DNA from: Actinomycetota bacterium
GTDB lineage: Bacteria > Actinomycetota > Acidimicrobiia > IMCC26256 > VFJJ01
Reading direction: 5' to 3'
Assembly (NCBI GenBank): GCA_009886115.1
Contig: VFJJ01000026.1
Span: 1 to 64,000 of the forward strand
Length of the DNA stretch: 64,000 nucleotides
Shown: piece by piece, positions 20,635 through 29,338 of the stretch
Layout: each line of letters starts with the position of its first letter
Numbering within the stretch: the first letter of the stretch is position 1
Notes under the pieces: generated by a model
Database searches by the model: none
The model's input: only the letters and a program-made list of their open reading frames with translations
Told to the model about the DNA's origin: nothing
Translations under genes and position numbers: made by a program

Positions 20635-21744
20635 ATGGCTGACTCACAAGCCCGGGCCGTCTACGAGCAGCTCGTCGACCTGCTGCGAGAGGCGGGGGAG
20701 CGCTTCGCCGGGCCCGAGCGCGGGGTCGTCGATCCCGACGACGTGGGCGACGCGCTGCGGAACGTCACCCACATCCTCCAGAGCGCCCTCCTCGCCCATC
20801 AGGAGTTCGACCCTGATCGGCCGGTGTTCAACCGGATCGTCTCGCCGACCCGGAGCTTCACCGGCGACAACGCCGACGCCGTGTACTTCGAGGCGCCCGT
20901 GAGCGGCGGCCGCGAGTACGTGGTGCGGGGCAACCTCGCCGGCGCGGTCTACACGTCGTTCACGATGGAAGCCGGCGCCGCCGACGGCAAGTACGCCACC
21001 CATCTCACGGGGGTGCTCAACGACGGCGACATCGACGCCGACGCCGACGGCAACTACGAGATCCGCATCGGCGGCGACGAGAGCGGCCGCAACCGGCTCG
21101 CCGTCGGCCCCGACGGGGGACGGATCACCACGCGCCACTACTTCGAATGGCCCACCTCGGCGGCCGCATCGCAGACGCTGCACATCCCGATCTCGATCGC
21201 CGCCGTCGAGCCCATCGGGCCTCCGCCCCGGTGGGGTGACGCCCGGGTCGCCGCCGCTCTCGGGCGGGTCATCAACCACGTGCGGCCCAAGACCGTCGAG
21301 GCTCCCTCGGCCGGCGCCTACGTCCCGTCGTGGTTGTCGAGCGTCCCCAACGTGTTCAATCCGCCCGAGAAGCCCGGTGCGCTGGCGTTCGCCGCGGCCG
21401 ACGCCGCTTACACCATGGCGCCCTATGTCATCGGTCCCGACCAGGCGCTGGTGATCACCGGGCGCTGGCCCGAGTGCCGCTTCGCCAACGTGTCGCTCTG
21501 GACGCGGTTCTCGCAGATGTACGACTACGTGAACCGGCCCGTGTGGCGCAACCGGGCCAACACCACGCTCGAGCCCGACGGCAGCTTCAGGATGATCCTG
21601 GCGCATCGCGATCCGGGCCTGCCCAACTGGCTCGACACCGAAGGACGACCGTCGGGCACCATGTTCTGGCGGTTCTTCCTCCCCGAGGGCGCCATCGAGA
21701 CCCCGCAGGCGACCGTCGTCGACGTCGCGTCGCTCGGAGGCTGA
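20635..21744 (+). CDS. DUF1214-like protein
   Basis: DNADAVY, DADGNYEI, DGSFRMILAHRDPGLPNWLDTEG motifs typical of actinobacterial DUF1214 proteins. Confidence 0.75.
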   Translation: MADSQARAVYEQLVDLLREAGERFAGPERGVVDPDDVGDALRNVTHILQSALLAHQEFDPDRPVFNRIVSPTRSFTGDNADAVYFEAPVSGGREYVVRGNLAGAVYTSFTMEAGAADGKYATHLTGVLNDGDIDADADGNYEIRIGGDESGRNRLAVGPDGGRITTRHYFEWPTSAAASQTLHIPISIAAVEPIGPPPRWGDARVAAALGRVINHVRPKTVEAPSAGAYVPSWLSSVPNVFNPPEKPGALAFAAADAAYTMAPYVIGPDQALVITGRWPECRFANVSLWTRFSQMYDYVNRPVWRNRANTTLEPDGSFRMILAHRDPGLPNWLDTEGRPSGTMFWRFFLPEGAIETPQATVVDVASLGG

Positions 21745-21745
21745 C

Positions 21746-22966
21746 GTGGCCGACCCGACCGACGGAACCGACGGCTTCGACTTCGACCCGTTCGATACGG
21801 GGTGGTTCGCCGATCCGTATCCCGCGTACGCGCAGATGCGGCGCAACCATCCCGTGTACCGCAAGGAGATCCCGAACCATCGGATCTGGCCCCACTACTG
21901 GATGCTGTCGCGCGCGGCCGACGTCAACGACGCGCTGGCCGACTGGCGCACGTTCTCGTCGGCCCGGGGAACGCTCGTCGACACCGACAGCTCGCTGTTG
22001 CCGCCGAACATGTTCAACATGGACCCGCCCCGCCACGACGAGCACCGGTCGATCCTGGCCCGGGTGCTGACGCCGTCACGGGTGGCGGCGCTCGAGCCGC
22101 ACGTTCGGGCCTACGCCGAGGACCTGGTGACGGGTTTTCGCTCGCGGGGGACGTTCGACGCGCCCACCGAATTCGCGCAGCTCATCCCCACGATCACCAT
22201 GTGCGCCTTGATGGATCTGCCTCGTGAGGGTCGCGAGCAGTTCCTCGAGTGGAACCTGGCCACCTTGGCCGGAGCTGATTTCACGAGTGAGACGTCGCTG
22301 GCGGCCTACGGCGAGATGGCGCAGTACTGGACCGGTCTGGTGGCCGACCGTCGTCGTAACCCCGGCGGCGACCTGATCTCGCTCATCCTGCACACGCCGG
22401 TCGAGGGCGAGCCTCTGGCCGACGAGGAGATCTCGGGCTTCTGCTCGCTCCTGCACGACGCCGCGCAGAACACCACGATGAACCTCATCAGCAACGCGAT
22501 CATCAGCCTGGGTCGCTTCCCCGACCAGCGGCGCAAGCTCGCCGCCGATCCCGGCCGATGGCCGACGGCCTTGGAAGAGCTGCTCCGCTACGAGTCGCCC
22601 GTGCAGGGTCTGGCCCGCACGACGACCCGTGACGTGGAGCTCCACGGCGTCACCATCCCGGCCGGCGATCAGGTGCTGTTGCTGTACGGCTCGGCCAACC
22701 ACGACGAGACCGTGTTCGAGCGGCCCGACGTGCTCGACCTCGACCGGGTGGTGAAGCTGCACTGGACCTTCGGTCACGGCATCCACTACTGCCTCGGCAA
22801 CGCCGTCGCCCGGCTCGAAGCCCGAGTGTCGTTGCAGGTCCTGCTCGAGACCATCGGCGACTGGGAGGTCGACGAGAAGGCCATCGTCCGCAACCAGCTG
22901 GTGCCCACACGGGGCGTCGCTGCTGCTCCCGTGCTGTTCGAGGCAACGGCTCGTCGAGGCGGCTGA
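21746..22966 (+). CDS. cytochrome P450 (atypical I-helix)
   Basis: MDPPRH, EELLR, FGHGIHYCLG. The I-helix reads LLHDAAQNTT. Confidence 0.92.
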   Translation: MADPTDGTDGFDFDPFDTGWFADPYPAYAQMRRNHPVYRKEIPNHRIWPHYWMLSRAADVNDALADWRTFSSARGTLVDTDSSLLPPNMFNMDPPRHDEHRSILARVLTPSRVAALEPHVRAYAEDLVTGFRSRGTFDAPTEFAQLIPTITMCALMDLPREGREQFLEWNLATLAGADFTSETSLAAYGEMAQYWTGLVADRRRNPGGDLISLILHTPVEGEPLADEEISGFCSLLHDAAQNTTMNLISNAIISLGRFPDQRRKLAADPGRWPTALEELLRYESPVQGLARTTTRDVELHGVTIPAGDQVLLLYGSANHDETVFERPDVLDLDRVVKLHWTFGHGIHYCLGNAVARLEARVSLQVLLETIGDWEVDEKAIVRNQLVPTRGVAAAPVLFEATARRGG

Positions 22967-25438
22967 GTGGCTGCGCCGGTCGCCGCAACGGGTGGCGACG
23001 ACGAGACCCTGGGCCCCCTGGGCCCCCTGGGCCCCCTGGCCCATCTGCGCGTCGTCGATCTCACCGACCTGCGGGGCGCGCTGTGCGCACGCATCCTCGG
23101 CGATCTCGGGGCTGACGTGCTCAAGATCGTCGACCCCGCCATCGGAGCCGCCGAGATCGAGAGCGTCGCGTACCGCTACCGCAACGCCAACAAGCGCGGG
23201 CGCCGGCTCGACCTCACCGTCGACTCGGAGCGGACCGCGTTCCACGAGCTCCTGGCCGAAGCCGACGTGCTCATCGAGAACCTGGGACCGACCGCTCGCG
23301 CGATGCTCGGGCTGGCTCCGGATGCCGTGGCCGAGCGCCATCCCCGCCTGGTGCACGTGGCCCTCACCGACCTGGGCCTCGACGGGCCCGATGCCGCCTG
23401 GCACCTCGAACCCCTGCCTGCGCTCGCAGCCTCGGGAGCCTTGTGGGCGACGGGATTCCCCGATCGCCCGCCGTGCTCGATCCCGGGCTATCTCGCACAC
23501 GACTGCGCTTCGGTGCACGGCGCTCTCGGGGCCGTGGCTGCCATCGCCGATCGCGACCGACACACCGGAGCCGGCCCCGGCCTCGGCCTCGGCCCGGGCC
23601 TCGGCCCCGACCTCGGCCTCGGCCAGCTCGTCGAGGTGAGCGCCCAGGAGGCTGCGCTGGCCGGGACCATCCCCTGGTCGATCCTCGTCCCCGACTACCT
23701 CCACATCAACCCCATGCTTCCGGCCGAGGGTCGCCGCAATGCAGACGGCTTCTACATCGTCCTTCCGGTGGCCGATGGCTGGGTGCGGGTCATCAACGGC
23801 TCGAACCGCCAGTGGGACGGCTTCGTCGAGCTCCTGGGCAAGCCCGCCGCGCTCACCGGCCCCGAATGGCAACAGCCCGGTTATCGGGGGCCGAACTCCG
23901 ACGTGGTGCGCATCGTGGCCCACGAGGCGCTGGCCGAGCGGACCCGCGCCGAGCTCTTCGACCAGGCCCGGCAAACCGGCGCCACGATCGGGGTGCTGCA
24001 TTCGCTGTCGGAGTTCGTGGCCCACGAGCAGACCCGCTCACGAGGATTCTTCGCGGCCACGGGCTTTCCCGGCCTCGGCGATGCGCCGTTCGCCACGTCG
24101 GCCATCCGGCTGTCGGCGACCCCCACGTCGCTGCGTCACCCGGCCCCCGGTCTCGCCGACGAGCACGCCGCCTCGTTCGGACCCCGCAGCGCACCACGAG
24201 GCGGGCTCGAGCGGTTGGCCATGGGGCACAACGAGCCGGGGAGCGACAACGGTCTGTTGCTCGACGGGGTCACGGTCGTCGAGTTCGGCGTGGCCGCGGT
24301 CGTACCTGAGCTGTGCTGGATGCTCTCGGAGCTCGGCGCCGACGTCGTCAAGATCGAGTCGGCGGTGCATCCCGACGTGTTGCGCCAGACCGGCGGTGCG
24401 CGGTTCAACTGCGGGTTCGCATTCAATGCCGAGTGCCGGGGTCGGCGCAGCGTGGCGCTCGACCTCTCGACGCCCGAGGGTCGCGCGCTGGCGTTCTCCT
24501 TGTGCGCCAAGGCCGACGTGGTTGCCGAGAACCATCGGGGTGGCGTGCTCGAGAAGCTCGGGCTGGGCTACGAGGCACTGAGGACGGTGAACCCGTCGAT
24601 CGTGTACGCCTCGTCACAGGGCTACGGCCGGGGTGGGCCCTTCGGGGAGATGCCGGCCTACGGTCCCCTCAACTCGGGCTTCGCAGGGGTGCACCTGTTG
24701 TGGAACCACCCCGACGCGCCCTATCCGTGCGGCACGTCGATGAACCATCCCGACCACATCGCCGGCAAGCTCCTCGCCGTTGCCGTGCTCGCTGCGCTCG
24801 AGCATCGGCGGCGAACGGGTGAAGGACAGCTCGTCGAGATGGCCCAGACCGAGGCGGCGGCGTACCTCGTCGGTGAGCTGTACCTCGAAGGAGCGCTGGG
24901 GGGAACCGATCCACAGCCCGTCGGCAATCGCAGCGCGGTCGCCGTTCCCCACGGCGTGTTCCCCGCAGCGGGCGACGACGCGTGGGTGGCGATCGCCGTG
25001 CCCGACGACGGGGCCTGGACCAGGCTGTGCGGCGCGCTCGGGTGGGCCGCCGACGCTGCCGTGGCGACGCTCGCCGGGCGCCTGGCCGCGGTCGACGCCA
25101 TCGAAAGCCGCCTTTCCGCCTGGACGGCCGTCCGCGCGGCCCGCGAGTGCGCGGAGCTTCTCCAGGCGCACGGCGTCTCGGCCATGCCGGTGCTCGGCCC
25201 GCTCGAGCACCGGGCCGACCCCCATCTGCAGGCTCGGGGATACCTGGTCGAGACCGAGCACGCCGAGGTGGGCCTTGAACACCACGTCGGCCAGCCCACA
25301 CGCTGGTCGCGTCTCGCCACCCGAACAGCGTCGAGCGCACCATGCCTGGGTGCCCACACCGCCGAGGTGTTGCGCGAACACCTCGGCCTCACCGACGATG
25401 AGATCGTGGCCCTCACCGAACGCGCCGTGCTGCGCTGA
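22967..25438 (+). CDS. fused tandem class III (CaiB/BaiF) CoA-transferase
   Basis: Two domains: LRVVDL..LGDLGADVLK..NANKR and VTVVEF..LSELGADVVKIES..RGRRSVALDL. Confidence 0.9.
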   Translation: MAAPVAATGGDDETLGPLGPLGPLAHLRVVDLTDLRGALCARILGDLGADVLKIVDPAIGAAEIESVAYRYRNANKRGRRLDLTVDSERTAFHELLAEADVLIENLGPTARAMLGLAPDAVAERHPRLVHVALTDLGLDGPDAAWHLEPLPALAASGALWATGFPDRPPCSIPGYLAHDCASVHGALGAVAAIADRDRHTGAGPGLGLGPGLGPDLGLGQLVEVSAQEAALAGTIPWSILVPDYLHINPMLPAEGRRNADGFYIVLPVADGWVRVINGSNRQWDGFVELLGKPAALTGPEWQQPGYRGPNSDVVRIVAHEALAERTRAELFDQARQTGATIGVLHSLSEFVAHEQTRSRGFFAATGFPGLGDAPFATSAIRLSATPTSLRHPAPGLADEHAASFGPRSAPRGGLERLAMGHNEPGSDNGLLLDGVTVVEFGVAAVVPELCWMLSELGADVVKIESAVHPDVLRQTGGARFNCGFAFNAECRGRRSVALDLSTPEGRALAFSLCAKADVVAENHRGGVLEKLGLGYEALRTVNPSIVYASSQGYGRGGPFGEMPAYGPLNSGFAGVHLLWNHPDAPYPCGTSMNHPDHIAGKLLAVAVLAALEHRRRTGEGQLVEMAQTEAAAYLVGELYLEGALGGTDPQPVGNRSAVAVPHGVFPAAGDDAWVAIAVPDDGAWTRLCGALGWAADAAVATLAGRLAAVDAIESRLSAWTAVRAARECAELLQAHGVSAMPVLGPLEHRADPHLQARGYLVETEHAEVGLEHHVGQPTRWSRLATRTASSAPCLGAHTAEVLREHLGLTDDEIVALTERAVLR

Positions 25439-25463
25439 CGGGCGAACCCCCGTCGATCCCTCG

Positions 25464-25513
25464 CCAACTGTCAGCGTGGCGGGCCGTATCCGGCCCCTCA
25501 CGCTGACAGTTGG
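25464..25513. repeat. palindromic element, family C copy 1
   Basis: ccaactgtcagcgtg...cacgctgacagttgg, 15-bp perfect arms, core cgtatccgg. Confidence 0.85.
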
Positions 25514-25584
25514 AGGGGGTGGGGCGCGTCGATAGGCTCCGGCCGGTCCGACACAGATGACACAGGTGAGATGGGGAGAGCGAC

Positions 25585-26493
25585 ATGAGCTACGGCATGG
25601 TCCAGCAGGCGGGTGGCTCCACCGGCGATGAGTACACGGTGGTGCTGATCGACGAGCCGGCCCCCGGCGTTCGGCGGGTGACCCTCAACCGTCCCGACAA
25701 GCGCAACGCGCTCAACCATGCGCTGCGCGGCGACGTGCTCCGGGCGCTGCGCGAGGGCGACGCCGACCGCGACGTCCGCGTGCAGATCGTGCGGGGTGCG
25801 GGTCCGAGCTTCTCGGCCGGATACGACCTCGGCGGGGGCAACGAGGGCCTCGACCTTCCCTTCTACACGGCAGGGGGGCTCGGGCAGTGGCCCCGTCACG
25901 TGACCGAGGGCTGGATGAGCATCTGGGACCTGGCCAAGCCCGTCATCGCCCAGGTGCACGGCTACTGCCTCGCCGGCGGCTCGGAGCTGGCGACGTGTTG
26001 TGACCTCGTGTACGTCGCCGACGACGCCAAGATGGGCTACCCGGCCGTGCGTTTCGGTGTGCCCGACATGCATTTCCACGCCTGGTTCATGGGCATGCGG
26101 ACGGCGATGGAGATGATGATCACCGGCGACTCGATCTCGGGGACAGAGGCCGTGAGGCTGGGATGGGCCAACCGTTCGTTCCCGGTCGACGAGCTCGAGG
26201 CCGGCGTGCTCGAGGTCGCCACCCGCGTCGCGCAGATCGAGCCCGAGCTGGTGCAGCTCAACAAGCGCGTCGTGCACCGCCAGATGGAGATCATGGGCAT
26301 CCGTGACGGCATCCGGGCCGGCACCGAGCTGTGCGCACTCGGGACCCAGACCCAGGCCATGGCCCGGTTCATCGAGAGCATGCAGACCAAGGGGCTCACC
26401 GCCACGTTGTCGGAGCGCGATGCTCCGTTCGGCGACTACCGCACGAGCCACGGCCACGACGACGCGTCCGCCGCCGGCGATGCCTCACTCTGA
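25585..26493 (+). CDS. enoyl-CoA hydratase/isomerase family protein
   Basis: LNRPDKRNAL, FSAGYDL, KPVIAQVHGYCLAGGSEL. Confidence 0.9.
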   Translation: MSYGMVQQAGGSTGDEYTVVLIDEPAPGVRRVTLNRPDKRNALNHALRGDVLRALREGDADRDVRVQIVRGAGPSFSAGYDLGGGNEGLDLPFYTAGGLGQWPRHVTEGWMSIWDLAKPVIAQVHGYCLAGGSELATCCDLVYVADDAKMGYPAVRFGVPDMHFHAWFMGMRTAMEMMITGDSISGTEAVRLGWANRSFPVDELEAGVLEVATRVAQIEPELVQLNKRVVHRQMEIMGIRDGIRAGTELCALGTQTQAMARFIESMQTKGLTATLSERDAPFGDYRTSHGHDDASAAGDASL

Positions 26494-27712
26494 GCCCAAC
26501 TGTCAGCGTGGGTCCCCGGATACGGGGCGCCACGCTGACAGTTGCAGGACCAGTGCCAAGGCCAGCCGGTTCCCTGAGTCGGTGATTCGCGAGACGACCC
26601 GTCTCGCGATCGCCGCTGGGGCGGTGAACCTCGGCCAGGGCTACCCCGACTTCGCCTGCCCCCAGGTCCTCAAGGATGCAGCCAAGGTGGCCATCGACGA
26701 CGACGTCAACCAGTACACGATCACCTGGGGCATCCCCGAGCTGCGCCAGGCCATCGCCGCCAAGACAGCGCGCACCTACCCCGGCTGGAGTCCCGATCCA
26801 CAGACCGAGATGGTCGTCACCTGCGGCGCCCAGGAGGCGATGATCGCCGCGCACCTCGGGCTGCTCGATCCCGCCGACGAGGTGATCACCTTCGAGCCCT
26901 GGTACGAGTCGTACGGCCCGCACTCGATCATGACGGGCACCACACTCAAGGTCGTCACGCTCCACGAGCCCGACTGGACCTTCGACGAGGCCGAGCTGCG
27001 GGCCGCGTTCGGGCCCCGGACCCGAGCCGTGATCGTCAACACCCCCAACAACCCGACCGGCAAGGTGTTCACCCGCTCGGAGCTGGCGCTCATCGCCGAG
27101 CTGTGCAACCGGTGGGACGCCCTCGTGTTCTCCGACGAGATCTACGAGCACATCCACTACCTGGGCCCTGGGGCTCACGTCCCCCCGGCCACCGTCGACG
27201 GCCTCGAAGACCGCACGGTCACGATCAACTCGATGTCGAAGAGCTACGCCGTCACCGGCTGGCGGGTGGGTTGGGCGATCGCGCCCGCGGCGCTGATGGA
27301 CGGGGTCCGGAAGGCTCACGACTTCCTGTCGATCAACGCCCCGGCGCCCTTGCAGCAGGCGGGGATCGTGGCGATGAACCTTCCCCCGTCGTACTACGAC
27401 CGGCTGGCCATCGACTACCAGGAGCGCCGCGACTTCCTTTGCGCCGCGCTGGCCGACGTCGGTTTCGGCGTGCGACCCCCCGATGGGGCCTACTACGTGA
27501 TGGCCGACACCACGAAGATCGACCCGGCCGGTGATGACGTGGCCCTGTCGCTTCGGCTCATCAACGAGATCGGTATCGGCGCCGTGCCCGGTTCCTCGTT
27601 CTACGCCGACCGGGCAACCGGCCTGGCCGCCCGCAAGATCCGCTTCGCCTACCCCAAGAAGATGGAGACGCTGCAGCTGGCCGCCGAGCGCCTGGCCCGA
27701 CTGGCCTGCTGA
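26480..27712 (+). CDS. PLP-dependent class I/II aminotransferase (YbdL/kynurenine aminotransferase-like); start uncertain (26480 or 26582)
   Basis: NLGQGYPD, NTPNNPTG, DEIYEH, SMSKSYAVTGWRVG. Confidence 0.85.
   Translation: MPHSEPNCQRGSPDTGRHADSCRTSAKASRFPESVIRETTRLAIAAGAVNLGQGYPDFACPQVLKDAAKVAIDDDVNQYTITWGIPELRQAIAAKTARTYPGWSPDPQTEMVVTCGAQEAMIAAHLGLLDPADEVITFEPWYESYGPHSIMTGTTLKVVTLHEPDWTFDEAELRAAFGPRTRAVIVNTPNNPTGKVFTRSELALIAELCNRWDALVFSDEIYEHIHYLGPGAHVPPATVDGLEDRTVTINSMSKSYAVTGWRVGWAIAPAALMDGVRKAHDFLSINAPAPLQQAGIVAMNLPPSYYDRLAIDYQERRDFLCAALADVGFGVRPPDGAYYVMADTTKIDPAGDDVALSLRLINEIGIGAVPGSSFYADRATGLAARKIRFAYPKKMETLQLAAERLARLAC
26497..26544. repeat. palindromic element, family C copy 2
   Basis: caactgtcagcgtg...cacgctgacagttg, core ccggatacg (reverse complement of the copy 1 core). 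Confidence 0.85.
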
Positions 27713-27714
27713 GC

Positions 27715-28305
27715 TCAGCGGCGGGGCGCCTGGATCATCGAGGCCGGGGTGGGGTCGATGTTGCCGGCCCGGTCGATGGCCCGCACCTCGATCGGGAGAT
27801 CGGCGAGCGCAATGGTGACAACGGATTCGCACCTGACCCAGCGGCCCACCTTCACGACCTTGCACTGGAACGTCGAGCCCCGCTCGTTCGACGAGAGCGT
27901 CAGACGGAGCTTCCCGGCGGGGTCGATCCGGCCCGTGACCGAGGTGTCGGGCGCCGTCAGGTCGATGGTCCAGCTGTGGGTGGCGGTCAGGCTGCCGCCG
28001 ACGGAGTCGGACGAGAAGACCTCGAACGTGTGCCGACCGGCAGCCAGCCCGGAGTAGGTCATCGTCGTCGGATCGCAGACCTCGGTCGGGGCTGCGTCGA
28101 GGTGGCAGATCGCCCTCGTGCCGCCGTGCAGGTCGTAGGCGAACGTCGCCGTGGTGGAGCTCGTGATCGACGGAGGAGCCTGGGTGAAGGTGGGGGTCGG
28201 GTGCTGTCCACCGGCGCCGGCCGGCCCGGCGGCGAGTGCGAAGCTCGCCACCGCAGCGAAGCTGGCGGTGAGGACAATCAGGGAGCGGGCGGGCTTGCGG
28301 ATCAT
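27715..28305 (-). CDS. secreted Ig-like/beta-sandwich repeat protein, paralog 1
   Basis: Signal peptide ending AGPAGA. CHLD..C..YSGLAAGRHTFEV and EVRAIDRAGNIDPTPAS repeats. AAGGAG RBS. Confidence 0.7.
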   Translation of the reverse strand: MIRKPARSLIVLTASFAAVASFALAAGPAGAGGQHPTPTFTQAPPSITSSTTATFAYDLHGGTRAICHLDAAPTEVCDPTTMTYSGLAAGRHTFEVFSSDSVGGSLTATHSWTIDLTAPDTSVTGRIDPAGKLRLTLSSNERGSTFQCKVVKVGRWVRCESVVTIALADLPIEVRAIDRAGNIDPTPASMIQAPRR

Positions 28306-28367
28306 GGCGGATCTCCTTGGTCGTGACGCCGTGTGGTGACGAGGGGTACGGCCACCACGCCTGCCGA

Positions 28368-28390
28368 CGTTGGGGGATGTCCCCGTCCTT
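28368..28390. promoter_or_regulatory. candidate operator GGGGATGTCCCC upstream of paralog 1
   Basis: The 23-nt block cgttgggggatgtccccgtcctt is identical at 29223-29245, while the adjacent spacer has diverged. Confidence 0.55.
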
Positions 28391-28572
28391 GCCCGCGTGG
28401 AGACGGGGATCGCGAGCACGTCAGCGACGCTCAGCCCCGGGGTGCCGAGTGATGCCTCACCCGGCTCGCGAACGCGAACGGATCGACGGCACCGAGGCGC
28501 CGTCGATCCGTCATCGCTGAGGCTCGGGTCTTGGATGACCCGTTGGCTCAACGAGCTCGTAACTTCGCGCTT

Positions 28573-29160
28573 TCAGCGGCGGGGCGCCGTGGTCATCGAG
28601 GCCGGGGTGGGGTCGATGTTGCCGGCCCGGTCGATCGCTCGAACCTCGATCGGCAGATCGCCGACCGCAATGGTGATCACCGACTCGCAGCGGACCCAGC
28701 GGCCCACCCGCACCAGCTTGCACTGGAACGTCGAGCCCCGCTCGCTCGACGAGAAGGTCAGACGGAGCTTCCCGGCGGGGTCGACCCTGCTCGTGATGGT
28801 CGAGTTCGGCGCTGTGAGGTCGACGGTCCAGGTGTAGGCGCTCGCCGCACTGGTCGTCTCGAGTGTCGTGGCCCAGACCTCGAAGGTGTGCGATCCGGCG
28901 GCCAGCCCGGAGAGGCTCGTCGAACCGTCGCAGTCGGACACCGATGCCCCGTCGAGACGGCAGATCCCGAACACGTTGCCCAGGTCGTAGGTGAACGTGG
29001 CCGTGGTCGAGCTCGTGACGGGGGGCGGGGTGCTGGTGAACCTGGGCGCCAGCGGTGGTGGCGAGGTCGCGCCGGCCGGGCCGGCAGCGAGCGTGAAGGT
29101 TGCGAAGGCGCTGAGGCCGGCGATGAGGACGGACAGGGAGCGGGCGGGCTTGCGGATCAT
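28573..29160 (-). CDS. secreted Ig-like/beta-sandwich repeat protein, paralog 2
   Basis: Same architecture as 27715-28305, with a near-identical C-terminal half. Confidence 0.7.
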   Translation of the reverse strand: MIRKPARSLSVLIAGLSAFATFTLAAGPAGATSPPPLAPRFTSTPPPVTSSTTATFTYDLGNVFGICRLDGASVSDCDGSTSLSGLAAGSHTFEVWATTLETTSAASAYTWTVDLTAPNSTITSRVDPAGKLRLTFSSSERGSTFQCKLVRVGRWVRCESVITIAVGDLPIEVRAIDRAGNIDPTPASMTTAPRR

Positions 29161-29222
29161 GGCGGATCTCCTTGGTCGTGATGCCGTGTGGTGATTGGGG
29201 GTACGGCTGCGGCGCCGGCATC

Positions 29223-29245
29223 CGTTGGGGGATGTCCCCGTCCTT
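29223..29245. promoter_or_regulatory. candidate operator GGGGATGTCCCC upstream of paralog 2
   Basis: Identical to 28368-28390 and at the same distance from the start codon. Confidence 0.55.
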
Positions 29246-29325
29246 CACCACCTCGAATCGGGGACGACGGGGTCCACGGGCGGTGTCGGGGGCAGCGGCG
29301 TCCCGGCGGCCCAGCGGCCAGCGCG

Positions 29326-29331
29326 TAGCCT
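29326..29331 (+). promoter_or_regulatory. putative -10 box (TAGCCT) of a leaderless transcript
   Basis: TANNNT 7 nt before ATG 29339. Confidence 0.4.
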
Positions 29332-29338
29332 CGACACC

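Noticed and set aside
25464..26544. Family C palindromes as integron attC sites (AAC...GTT ends, one starting just after a stop codon)
   Set aside because: The arms are perfect with no extrahelical bases, the two copies are inverted rather than direct, the cores fit RYYYAAC/GTTRRRY only partly, and no integrase is present.
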